A DNA stretch of 40,794 nucleotides from positions 1-40,794 of the forward strand of contig CAYZIG010000001.1 of assembly GCA_964478465.1 (NCBI GenBank), written 5' to 3'. This document shows, one piece after another, positions 1-7,327 of the stretch. The notes beneath the pieces are model-generated. The model was not told where the DNA came from and ran no database searches. It was given only the letters and a program-made list of their open reading frames with translations. How positions within the stretch are numbered: the first letter of the stretch is position 1; each line of letters opens with the position of its first letter. This DNA comes from an uncultured Candidatus Saccharibacteria bacterium. GTDB lineage: Bacteria; Patescibacteriota; Minisyncoccia; Phycocordibacterales; CAIZLB01. A program made the position numbers and the translations under genes.

Positions 1-265
1 ATTTTGTTATAGCTTTTCTGAGTTTGTCTGCTGCTATGATATGTTTTGATGTTTTGCTTCCTAGGCAATACTCTCTAATTTCAGCTGGACTAGGAATATT
101 TGTATAAACTCTTTCAGAAAGTAAATTTTTTAATCCTTTCAAAAAAACTTCTAAATCAATATCTTTGCATAGTTCATAATAGATTTTTATCTGTTCTTTT
201 ATCATTTTTTTCTGTATAACAAGCTCTATTATTTCCACGCCCTTACAAAACTCTAACTCTGTCAT
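1..265 (-). CDS. Helicase-loader-like protein (SPP1 G39P-like); 3' end cut by window edge
   Basis: ATG at 265-263 overlaps the stop of the upstream gene (TAATG). Manual translation stays open for 88 codons to position 2: MTELEFCKGVEII...IKIYYELCKDIDLEVFLKGLKNLLSERVYTNIPSPAEIREYC. This resembles the N-terminal domain of G39P-type loaders, and it sits directly after the replisome-organizer gene. It is absent from the ORF track because there is no stop in the window. Confidence 0.4.
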   Translation of the reverse strand, partial: MTELEFCKGVEIIELVIQKKMIKEQIKIYYELCKDIDLEVFLKGLKNLLSERVYTNIPSPAEIREYCLGSKTSKHIIAADKLRKAITK

Positions 266-1053
266 TAATTTACGCTCCTTGTATTTTTCTCTAACTCTTC
301 TATTAATTCTCTCGCACCACTTTTAAATTCTTGCTTTTTATGTTTATTATAACTTGATTTTTCAAAATCTCGTTTTAACCAATTTTCTATTAATCTTGAA
401 AAACTACTATACTTTTTTAAATAGTCTTTAGAGTAAGTTTTTATAGTTTCAATCATTTCATCGACTTTATTATTTCCAAATTTTTTAGATAAATTTTCGT
501 ATTCGGATTTTAATAAAATAAGTTGATAGTGTTCTGTGTGTTTTTCACAGACAATATTTTCTTTCTTCTTATTTACTATATTATCTTCTTCTTTCTTCTT
601 ATCTCTTCTTATCTCTTCTCTTTGTTCAACGTCGGTTCGTTTTTCGTTCAACGTCTGTTCAACGTCGGTTCGTTTTTCGTTATACTGTAAAGCCTTGATT
701 TTTCTGGCTTCTCCACTTTTTATACCTGCCAACCTAGCTAATTCTTTTTTATTTTCGTACTGTTCCATTCTTTGAATTAAACTTTCCGAAAAGAAAAATT
801 CGTCATTATGTATCTTAAAAAGTCCATAATGAGATATTACCGCTTTAAGTTTATCAGGTGTTGTGTTATATCTTCTAGCTAAAGCAGGAATTAATTTTAA
901 AGGGTATTTATAATTTGGTTGTTCTCTGAGTGTTTCTACTAACACCCAATAACTTCCATAACCTTCTAAACCTAAACTCTCAATCAATTCTACACATTTC
1001 GGGTCATCTTTTGCGTTGCTGTCATGTGGAAAGTAATACGCATCTTTTCTCAT
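265..1053 (-). CDS. Replisome organizer / replication initiator with DUF4373 (Lin1244/Lin1753-like) N-terminal domain
   Basis: The N-terminus YYFPHDSNAKDDPKCVELIESLGLEGYGSYWVLVETL fits the DUF4373 signature (recalled, not searched). The gene lies in the replication module and carries internal DNA direct repeats. Confidence 0.65.
   Translation of the reverse strand: MRKDAYYFPHDSNAKDDPKCVELIESLGLEGYGSYWVLVETLREQPNYKYPLKLIPALARRYNTTPDKLKAVISHYGLFKIHNDEFFFSESLIQRMEQYENKKELARLAGIKSGEARKIKALQYNEKRTDVEQTLNEKRTDVEQREEIRRDKKKEEDNIVNKKKENIVCEKHTEHYQLILLKSEYENLSKKFGNNKVDEMIETIKTYSKDYLKKYSSFSRLIENWLKRDFEKSSYNKHKKQEFKSGARELIEELEKNTRSVN
624..681. repeat. Direct repeats (candidate origin iterons) inside the organizer gene
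   Basis: GTTCAACGTCGGTTCGTTTTTCGTT occurs at 624-648 and 657-681. The core GTTCAACGTC is also at 646-655. Further short CT-rich direct repeats lie at about 558-620. The repeats encode a duplicated KRTDVEQ peptide. Confidence 0.7.
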
Positions 1054-1055
1054 AT

Positions 1056-1544
1056 TTACATATCGCCTTTTTTTATTATTTCAAAAACTTTATTAAGGTT
1101 AAACCCTTCTAATTTAAAAACGCTTCTAAAAAATTCGTCTATAATAATTTTTAACATCTTATTTTCAAAATCTTTTTCTTTTATTATTTTATCATAGTAT
1201 TCAGAATCGGTTCTAGAATTATTTCTTTTTGGAATTTTTATATTATAACCATTTCTTATAGAATCATAAATTCCAGTATAGTAAGATTCATAATTTTCTA
1301 ATTCCTCTAAATTCGAAACTTTTTCTAAAACTATAAAAATAAAATTATCTCCATTCTGCAAATCAGTTCTTAATTTTTTGTTTGTATGAAATTTTTTTAA
1401 AATATCTACCTTATGTGCTCCGATTCTTGTAGATATATTTTCAGAACTACCGATATAGTATATATTTTTATTTGTATTTTTTATAGCATAAATACCGGCA
1501 TAATCAAATACTTTTAATTCTTCTACTAAATTTATTATTTCCAT
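1056..1544 (-). CDS. GIY-YIG nuclease (free-standing homing-endonuclease-like)
   Basis: GIYAIKNTNKNIYYIGSSENISTRIGAHK matches the GIY...YIG...R...H pattern of the GIY-YIG catalytic domain. The protein is only 162 aa. Confidence 0.7.
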   Translation of the reverse strand: MEIINLVEELKVFDYAGIYAIKNTNKNIYYIGSSENISTRIGAHKVDILKKFHTNKKLRTDLQNGDNFIFIVLEKVSNLEELENYESYYTGIYDSIRNGYNIKIPKRNNSRTDSEYYDKIIKEKDFENKMLKIIIDEFFRSVFKLEGFNLNKVFEIIKKGDM

Positions 1545-1705
1545 TAAATCTCCTCCAATATATTTTTTATTCTATCTATCTCTTTTTTAATATTATCCGC
1601 AATAACTTGATATAAGTATGATGTTGAATATCCAAGTTGTTGTGCTAACCATGTAGCCGTCTTTTCTTTTTCTGCAAGTTTAATTCTCAATTCCTTTAAA
1701 GTCAT
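1544..1705 (-). CDS. Small helix-turn-helix regulator (53 aa; below ORF-track cutoff)
   Basis: Manual translation: MTLKELRIKLAEKEKTATWLAQQLGYSTSYLYQVIADNIKKEIDRIKNILEEI. The ATG follows GGGAGGTGATAAA, and its stop overlaps the next ATG (TAATG). The segment WLAQQLGYSTSYLYQV is HTH-like. Confidence 0.45.
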   Translation of the reverse strand: MTLKELRIKLAEKEKTATWLAQQLGYSTSYLYQVIADNIKKEIDRIKNILEEI

Positions 1706-1724
1706 TTTATCACCTCCCTAATTA

Positions 1725-1753
1725 ATTATACCTTAATACTTGTAAAGTGTCAA
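1725..1753 (-). promoter_or_regulatory. Consensus sigma70-type promoter
   Basis: On the minus strand: TTGACA (1753-1748), a 17-nt spacer, then TATAAT (1730-1725). It lies about 20 nt upstream of the small HTH gene and its RBS. Confidence 0.6.
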
Positions 1754-1761
1754 GTGTTATT

Positions 1762-1792
1762 TTTAAAATAAAAGGTCAACTTAATGACCTTT
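1762..1792 (-). terminator. Candidate intrinsic terminator
   Basis: The stem AAAGGTCA / TGACCTTT (1771-1778 / 1785-1792) has a 6-nt loop. On the minus strand it is followed by TATTTTAAAAA. The stem is weak and AT-rich. Confidence 0.4.
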
Positions 1793-1925
1793 AAAATTTT
1801 AGTTTTCTATAAGTTCTAAATAACAACTACCAAAATTACATTCTTTTTCTCCTGTCAATTAAAATTCTATACAATCACAATTAAAAAGTATTAAAAAATT
1901 ATCAGGAACATCTTTCTTTGTCATA

Positions 1926-2114
1926 TTATTCATCCTTTTTAGATTGCAAAGATTTAATTTTATCTACTAATTCTATATTGTATTTTACTTGTTCCAAATA
2001 TTTTTCTCTATAACTTTTGTTTTCTATTTCCATTTGTTTTAAAGTTATTTCAAGTTTTAAGTTTAAAAGAATATCTTCAATAAGTTTTATTATTTTATTA
2101 CGCAAAATTATCAC
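1926..2114 (-). CDS. Hypothetical coiled-coil protein
   Basis: 62-aa ORF in the operon orientation, rich in K/E/L heptad-like sequence. No recognisable domain. Confidence 0.4.
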   Translation of the reverse strand: MIILRNKIIKLIEDILLNLKLEITLKQMEIENKSYREKYLEQVKYNIELVDKIKSLQSKKDE

Positions 2115-2273
2115 TCCTGGTTTAGTTTTAAATTTATTATTCGTTTGTTAGTATTTTAAAAGTTTTATTTAGATTTTTGCAATTTAATAAAGTACAATCT
2201 AAAAGATGTATTTCACAATATTTACACTTATATTCATCTCCGACAAAAACATTATACTCTATTCCTTCAATTG

Positions 2274-2579
2274 CTATTTTATTTGTAATTTTTTAACATA
2301 ATCATATAATTTAATCTGTAATAAATCTACCTTATTACACTTTAAAACCTTGCATATTCGTTTTATAGTGTATGATATTTCGTTGCCTTTTTCGTCCAGT
2401 ATCATATCTTTAATAAATTTGTTTATACTTGAATAACCTGATCCTATTTCTTTTAGAAAAAGTCTGTTGTTGAAAACTCCGTTTACAGATGTTTCCGATA
2501 GTTTTTCACCTAATCGGACTATATTATATTTTATTACTTGCAATTTTAGTTCGTTTGCTTTTTTATTTTTATCCATCAT
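2274..2579 (-). CDS. Hypothetical early protein
   Basis: 101-aa ORF with a 4-nt overlap with the upstream gene. No recognisable motif. Confidence 0.45.
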   Translation of the reverse strand: MMDKNKKANELKLQVIKYNIVRLGEKLSETSVNGVFNNRLFLKEIGSGYSSINKFIKDMILDEKGNEISYTIKRICKVLKCNKVDLLQIKLYDYVKKLQIK

Positions 2580-3154
2580 ATCAAACCTTCTTTTTTAAGG
2601 AACTCGATACATTTTTCAGCTTTTTCCTGAGTTGAAAATTTAACATTATTTAAAAAAGTTATTGACAAGCTAAACGAAGTTTCATTTTTTCCATATTCAT
2701 CTTTTAAAATACTGTATTTGCAATTTTCAACATCATCATTCTGAAACTTCCACGCCATTTGTGTCCTTAGAAGTTTTTGTGCTTTTTCTACTTGTTCAGC
2801 TTGTTCTTTAGTTTTGAAACAATTAAAACTTTTTATAAATTTATCATCTAAACGGTTATCATATACACCTTTACAAATTCTTCCATCTTTTGAAATATAA
2901 AAAAATTCTTCATTAAATTCAGGTTTCCAAACTTCATTCTCTTTTATTTCTTCAAGTTCTGAAAAATTTTCTTTTAAAAAACAAAATCTATCGTTTACCA
3001 CAAATTTTTTATCACTATCATCGTTCAATCTTCTCACTTCTATAATTTTATCTTGATTATTTATTACAAACTTTAAAAAAGTTGTGTGAATATCCTGAAC
3101 ATTAAAACTATTCACTATTTCTTCCAAACTTTTCAACTTACCTTTATATTTCAT
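2576..3154 (-). CDS. Hypothetical early protein
   Basis: 192-aa ORF preceded by AAAGGAAGTGA. No recognisable motif. Confidence 0.5.
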   Translation of the reverse strand: MKYKGKLKSLEEIVNSFNVQDIHTTFLKFVINNQDKIIEVRRLNDDSDKKFVVNDRFCFLKENFSELEEIKENEVWKPEFNEEFFYISKDGRICKGVYDNRLDDKFIKSFNCFKTKEQAEQVEKAQKLLRTQMAWKFQNDDVENCKYSILKDEYGKNETSFSLSITFLNNVKFSTQEKAEKCIEFLKKEGLI

Positions 3155-3280
3155 AAAATCACTTCCTTTTATTTTTATTATTTGTCATAGTATTAACCAC
3201 AACATAATTTTTTAGCATTTTGTTGAGTGCATACAAGTGTTTTATAGTTTAATTTTTTAGCGTTGTTTTAAATTATGTTT

Positions 3281-3673
3281 TTAGAATGGAAATTCATCAT
3301 CTGAAACATTAGTTTTTTCTTCTTCAAAATCTTTTTCTTTTTCTTTGTATTTATTTTCTTCTTTTTTCTTACCTGAGTTTACAAAACTAATTTTATCTAC
3401 TATGAAATCTTGAGTATAAATCTTCTTGCCATCTTTTTCATAGCTTCCTGATTGAAAGTGTGACTGTATAGCAATCTGTGAACCTTTGCTATGATATTTT
3501 GCTATAAGTTCCGCCGTTTTATCAAAAGCCGTAAAATTTGGAAAGTCTGTATTTTCTTTATCTCTTTTTACTGCTAATGAAAATTTTAAAATTGCTTTTC
3601 CTGATTGTCCGTATTTTAGTTCTAAATCCTTTGTAATATTCCCTAAAAAATTGCAATTATTAATTTTATTCAC
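3281..3673 (-). CDS. ssb: Single-stranded DNA-binding protein
   Basis: OB-fold-like N-terminus (NFLGNITKDLELKYGQSGKAILKFSLAV) and an acidic C-terminal tip DDEFPF typical of SSB tails. It lies adjacent to RecT. Confidence 0.8.
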   Translation of the reverse strand: MNKINNCNFLGNITKDLELKYGQSGKAILKFSLAVKRDKENTDFPNFTAFDKTAELIAKYHSKGSQIAIQSHFQSGSYEKDGKKIYTQDFIVDKISFVNSGKKKEENKYKEKEKDFEEEKTNVSDDEFPF

Positions 3674-4469
3674 CTTCCTTTTTATTTTCTATGATTTCCC
3701 CTGTTTGTGTTTCGTAATTTGTAATTATAGTTGTCATATCCTCACTGATTGTTTGTACTGTTTCATCTGTTTGTATAACATGTGCCAATTCAGTGCTTTT
3801 AGGAGCGTATTTAAGAAGCTTTTTTATTACTGTTTTCAAAGCCATTTGAATATAATTTGTTTTCCAAGGTGAAGTCCATCCTTTTTGTACTGCCTGCGAA
3901 AACTTTTGAGCGTGCATGTCGATTTGTTCTTTGCTCATTACTTCAAATCCGTATCCGCCATTTTTTAATTTATAAATTGCGTAAAAGTATATCGGCTCTC
4001 CTTTCGAATCTTTTGCTGGCTTATGTATCAAGTTTGAATTAAGACCGTATTCAAAAGAAAACTCATCATTTTCATAAACTTCTTTTGCATATATTGTTGA
4101 ATATTTTTCACTTCTGTATGCAAGTTCTATTATTCCGAGGTATCCAATTTGATATTGAACCTTACCGCCGTATGGTATCAAATAAGCTTGACCTAAAGGT
4201 GTGTTTGGTTCAAGTCCAAGTTGTGCGGTCTGTACCAATGCCGCCATAAAACTATTAGGTTCGCAATCGTAAAGTTTCGGATTTGTGTTGAGTGCGGTTA
4301 ATGCAAGTCTCGCCATTCTATCCGCTGTTATTCCAATGTTTGGCATTGCTCTTTTTAATTCAGGAATCATCTTATTTATATTATCTCTTAGCGTTTGTTG
4401 AGGTGATTTTGATACCTCATTTTTAGTGTTTACCTTTTCCAATAATCCTTTGTTTTCTGCCACTGACAT
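3666..4469 (-). CDS. recT: RecT-family single-strand annealing protein
   Basis: CEPNSFMAALVQTAQLGLEPNTPLGQAYLIPYGGKVQYQIGYLGIIELAYRS follows the RecT family core pattern. It is paired with a YqaJ-like exonuclease. Confidence 0.85.
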   Translation of the reverse strand: MSVAENKGLLEKVNTKNEVSKSPQQTLRDNINKMIPELKRAMPNIGITADRMARLALTALNTNPKLYDCEPNSFMAALVQTAQLGLEPNTPLGQAYLIPYGGKVQYQIGYLGIIELAYRSEKYSTIYAKEVYENDEFSFEYGLNSNLIHKPAKDSKGEPIYFYAIYKLKNGGYGFEVMSKEQIDMHAQKFSQAVQKGWTSPWKTNYIQMALKTVIKKLLKYAPKSTELAHVIQTDETVQTISEDMTTIITNYETQTGEIIENKKEGE

Positions 4470-4484
4470 TTTAAAACCTCCCTA

Positions 4485-5372
4485 TTATTTTATTAAAAAC
4501 GTTCTTTTTCCTGCTTTGTTAGTTTTCCAAGTAACTTTATATTTTTCTACTTTTATTTCTCCGGTATCTTGCATTTCGTCTTTTATTATTTGTTCAAGTC
4601 TTTCCTGTTCCTGCTCTAAAGTTTTTACCTCTACTTTTATTTCTTTTATTTTATTAACTTCATCAAGTAAATAATTCATTTCTAAAACTGAATCATTACT
4701 TTGCGGAAATTCATTTTTCAATATTTCAGTATCACATTCCAAGCCTGACCACGGCGGCATAACTTTTTTTAACACGTTTTCTTCCCAAAATAACTTTTCT
4801 TTTTCAATTAATACTTTGATAATATCTTCATCTCTTGGTACTTCATATTGTTTGTACCGTTGACCACCAATTAACACAGCTAAATATCCAAATTTTACAT
4901 TCGTTACCGCTAAATAATGTTGAACTTGTAAGTAATAACTATCAGGAACACTATCACTTTCCCATTCTTGCTTTGCATATTCAGAAGCTGTTTTTATTTC
5001 TAGTATTCCTACTTCTCCATTTCTAAAAACCAATCTGTCAATATTTGCAAGCATAAAAGGATTTTCTTTGCTGACTAAAACAGCATTTCTTCTCTGAATT
5101 TTTAATTCGGGATTTCTTATTCCAAATTCGTCCGCAACTATATCCTCAAGTTTATTCCCCCAGTACATTTTCTCATTTTCTTTGTTTACAGGTTCTCTTA
5201 TTTTGTCAAAATAAACCGCTATTGGGCTTTTCCATTTATTCACTCCAAGTATTGCTCCTGCATCTGAACCCCCAACTCCTGATTGTCTTAATTTTAACCA
5301 ATTTTCTTTTAGGATTTCTTTTGTTTCCGCTAAAACTAAAGCATCTGTAAACCTGTCTTTTTTATATTCCAT
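4485..5372 (-). CDS. YqaJ-like (lambda Exo-type) recombination exonuclease
   Basis: GVGGSDAGAILGVNKWKSPIAVYF at the N-terminus, followed by PD-(D/E)xK-like LEIKT. It lies immediately upstream of recT. Confidence 0.85.
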   Translation of the reverse strand: MEYKKDRFTDALVLAETKEILKENWLKLRQSGVGGSDAGAILGVNKWKSPIAVYFDKIREPVNKENEKMYWGNKLEDIVADEFGIRNPELKIQRRNAVLVSKENPFMLANIDRLVFRNGEVGILEIKTASEYAKQEWESDSVPDSYYLQVQHYLAVTNVKFGYLAVLIGGQRYKQYEVPRDEDIIKVLIEKEKLFWEENVLKKVMPPWSGLECDTEILKNEFPQSNDSVLEMNYLLDEVNKIKEIKVEVKTLEQEQERLEQIIKDEMQDTGEIKVEKYKVTWKTNKAGKRTFLIK

Positions 5373-5657
5373 CTATTCCTCCTTTAAAAACAGTTTTTTT
5401 ATTTCTCCAACTTCCCAAACTTGAAAAAAATCTGCAATTTTCATCATTTCATAAAAACTTAGTTCACTCCTTCCTAACTCAAAATTTTGATAGTTAGCAG
5501 GTTTTATTTCGCATTTAATCGCAAGTTGTTCTTGCGTAAGTTCTGCATCAAGTCGCATTCGCATTAAATTTGTTCGCCTCTTAAACTTCGTTTCTTTTTC
5601 TTTTCTCATGCTCTTTTCCTCTCTATTTGTATGCCTTGTGTATCGCACATTTTCCAA
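5373..5657 (-). CDS. XRE-like HTH protein (probable true start ATG 5609)
   Basis: RMRLDAELTQEQLAIKCEIKPANYQNFELGRSELSF is an XRE-type HTH. The ATG at 5609 forms an ATGA overlap with the stop of the upstream 110-aa ORF, so the 78-aa form is more likely. Confidence 0.55.
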   Translation of the reverse strand: MENVRYTRHTNREEKSMRKEKETKFKRRTNLMRMRLDAELTQEQLAIKCEIKPANYQNFELGRSELSFYEMMKIADFFQVWEVGEIKKLFLKEE

Positions 5658-5938
5658 GTTCCTGACCAGTTATTTTTTAGTATCATTTCCCAAAATAATT
5701 TTACTGTTATTTCGTCTTTAAAAAATGCAAGTTCCCAGTTTTCGCCGTTTTTCTGCCAGATAGTCCACAAATATTCGTCTTCTTTTAATTTACTTTTTCT
5801 TTCTTCGTATTGTTCATATATTGTATTTTTAACTATCATAAAAACCACGCTGCCGCAAATCCAAAACCTATCCAGAATAAAATTATATATGTTATAAACG
5901 CTAGTAAATAAGCTTGAAATTTCAATTAACAACACCAC
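5606..5938 (-). CDS. Hypothetical protein with hydrophobic N-terminus
   Basis: 110-aa ORF in the operon orientation. The start is uncertain because it overlaps the previous ORF by 17 nt. Confidence 0.35.
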   Translation of the reverse strand: MVLLIEISSLFTSVYNIYNFILDRFWICGSVVFMIVKNTIYEQYEERKSKLKEDEYLWTIWQKNGENWELAFFKDEITVKLFWEMILKNNWSGTWKMCDTQGIQIERKRA

Positions 5939-6188
5939 CTTTTTTTATAAATTTTTCTTTTGTTTCTTCATTGCAATCCGAGCATGGATATTTTAAAGGA
6001 CTGTAATCTGCAAAAGTACAGATACAACAAAGTTTTTTTGATTTTCTATGACAAAACAGCATGTGTTCTATCTTTTCTTCTACTGTTCCATCAATTTCTA
6101 CTGCTTCAACAGCGTTGATTATCTCGTTTCTTAGATGTATAAATCTGCCTTTTTTTTCTTTTCCTAATCTTTTTAATTTCTCAATCAT
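5922..6188 (-). CDS. Hypothetical Cys-rich protein
   Basis: 88-aa ORF carrying the cysteine clusters CHRKSKKLCCIC and CSDC. Confidence 0.4.
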   Translation of the reverse strand: MIEKLKRLGKEKKGRFIHLRNEIINAVEAVEIDGTVEEKIEHMLFCHRKSKKLCCICTFADYSPLKYPCSDCNEETKEKFIKKGGVVN

Positions 6189-6441
6189 CGCTTAATACCT
6201 CCCTTTTTATCAACAGTTTTTTTATAAGCTCTTTTTTTGTTTCAATTCCAATATGAATAAAATGTAGTATCTTTCCTTCGTACTTATGTTGAAAATATTT
6301 GAAATTATCTTCCTCGAATCCTAGTTCTTTTGCTATTTGCAATTCTAGTTCTTGCAAATTTTTTAAATTTTCTGTGTCCATCATTTTTAAACTTAGTTCT
6401 TGATGCTGAACAATTATTTCTAACATTTGAAACACCTCCAA
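6181..6441 (-). CDS. Hypothetical early protein
   Basis: 86-aa ORF. I prefer it over the overlapping 69-aa ORF at 6305..6514, which has an implausible composition. Confidence 0.4.
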   Translation of the reverse strand: MEVFQMLEIIVQHQELSLKMMDTENLKNLQELELQIAKELGFEEDNFKYFQHKYEGKILHFIHIGIETKKELIKKLLIKREVLSDD

Positions 6442-6510
6442 AATACTCTCCGGTTCTGAGAGTGCAACACTGCAATATAAGCATGATGCTAAACCACAAT
6501 TTCAACAAAA

Positions 6511-6756
6511 TCATTCTATCACCTCCGATTTTTTATTGCATTTAAGTAGAATCATACTTCCGTGTGCTCTTCTCTCTTTGTTTCTTATTCTTGAAATGTA
6601 TGAAGCATGTACACCGAACATATCACATATTTCTTTTTTGGAAAGAACTGCGAGACTGTCAAGAAAAAGCATATCTTTTACTTCTTCGTCTGTTAATTTA
6701 TGTTTTGCGTTTTTTTCACCGAAAAACTTATTAACGTATTTATTCATTTCTAGCAT
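6511..6756 (-). CDS. Small HTH DNA-binding protein
   Basis: LSKKEICDMFGVHASYISRIRNKERR resembles sigma-70 region-4 / homeodomain-like phage HTH proteins. It is preceded by AAAGGAGAAAACG. Confidence 0.5.
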   Translation of the reverse strand: MLEMNKYVNKFFGEKNAKHKLTDEEVKDMLFLDSLAVLSKKEICDMFGVHASYISRIRNKERRAHGSMILLKCNKKSEVIE

Positions 6757-6770
6757 CGTTTTCTCCTTTC

Positions 6771-6968
6771 AACACTCTTCAAAACATTACAAAACGATGA
6801 GGGTTGATTTTGTGAAGTCCTTTTCTGAGCTTATGAAGAGTGTTATTTTTTTTATAATCGCATCGAGGTTTTATACTCCTAATCTGGCAGATTCCTTTGA
6901 TGTTACCAGTCACTTTAATTTTAATCTTCGAGGCTTTTCAGAACCAAGCCTCGACCAACAGTCACTTT
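6771..6968. promoter_or_regulatory. Structured, comparatively GC-rich non-coding element (nested inverted and direct repeats)
   Basis: 11-bp perfect inverted repeat AACACTCTTCA / TGAAGAGTGTT (6771-6781 / 6834-6844). Palindrome AATCTGGCAGATT (6881-6893). 8-bp-stem hairpin CGAGGCTT...AAGCCTCG (6929-6953), flanked by the direct repeat CAGTCACTTT (6907-6916 and 6959-6968). No credible minus-strand ORF. Confidence 0.35.
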
Positions 6969-6977
6969 TAGTTATTT

Positions 6978-7169
6978 CTATGCTATAAAAGTTAAATTTA
7001 CCATTTCGTCATCTGATATATCATAATTTTCTACATTTTCTATTTCATACGCTTTAAACTCTTCTTTTGTAATTTCTAAAGAGTAATATGATTTACAATC
7101 GTTCAACGCCTTAAATGCTCTTCTTTCTATTTCCTGTTTTATTTGATTTTCTGTTCTCATCTTAACCAT
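6978..7169 (-). CDS. Hypothetical first gene of the early operon
   Basis: 63-aa ORF behind AAAGGAGATGG, about 43 nt downstream of the predicted promoter. Confidence 0.4.
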   Translation of the reverse strand: MVKMRTENQIKQEIERRAFKALNDCKSYYSLEITKEEFKAYEIENVENYDISDDEMVNLTFIA

Positions 7170-7211
7170 CTCCTTTTATTTTTTTATTTGTGTTGCATCT
7201 CTCATATATAT

Positions 7212-7240
7212 ATTATACGCTTTTTTTACGTATAACGCAA
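7212..7240 (-). promoter_or_regulatory. Candidate early promoter
   Basis: On the minus strand: TTGCGT (7240-7235), a 17-nt spacer, then TATAAT (7217-7212). It lies just downstream of the late-operon terminator. Confidence 0.5.
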
Positions 7241-7267
7241 CAATTATTTTTATTTTTAAAACATTTG

Positions 7268-7281
7268 GTAACATTTGTTAC
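7268..7281. promoter_or_regulatory. Candidate operator palindrome
   Basis: GTAACA-TT-TGTTAC has perfect 6-bp arms. It lies about 28 bp upstream of the -35 element of the candidate early promoter. Confidence 0.35.
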
Positions 7282-7300
7282 GCACAAAATAAAAAAAGTC

Positions 7301-7327
7301 AATAAAAAAAGAGGCTTTTCAGCCTCT
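7301..7327 (-). terminator. Intrinsic terminator of the late (structural) operon
   Basis: On the minus strand the sequence reads AGAGGCT-GAAA-AGCCTCT followed by TTTTTTATT. The stem overlaps the TAG stop of the last tail gene. Confidence 0.75.

Noticed and set aside
1793-1924. Split Cys4 mini-ORF (MTKKDVPDNFLILFNCDCIEF-stop-LTGEKECNFGSCYLELIEN) as evidence for TAA read-through or recoding
   Set aside because: TAA is used as an ordinary stop by many well-supported genes here. The pieces are only 21 and 18 codons long, so the pattern is within chance.
2115-2290. ~50-codon start-less frame with CKYC...C....C between the 101-aa and 62-aa genes
   Set aside because: It has no canonical start and no convincing RBS. 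An open frame of this length is not improbable in this composition. I judged it weaker than the 86-codon case at 39026-39286.
6305-6514. 69-aa minus-strand ORF overlapping the 86-aa ORF
   Set aside because: It overlaps the better 86-aa ORF by 137 nt in another frame and has an R/K/C-rich, implausible composition. The 86-aa ORF fits the operon spacing.
6929-6953. tRNA or tRNA-fragment (attP-like) interpretation of the GC-rich hairpin containing GGTTCTGAA
   Set aside because: The 8-bp stem with a 9-nt loop does not fit a T-arm or an anticodon arm. No acceptor or D-arm could be built around it. No GGTTCGAATCC-type box occurs anywhere in the window.
6536-6988. 150-aa plus-strand ORF (or its 63-aa inner version from ATG 6797) as the only plus-strand gene, possibly a small membrane toxin or repressor
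   Set aside because: There is no Shine-Dalgarno sequence before either ATG. The upstream two thirds is antisense to a good HTH gene. The open frame is better explained by the GC-richer structured region, which I kept as a non-coding element instead.
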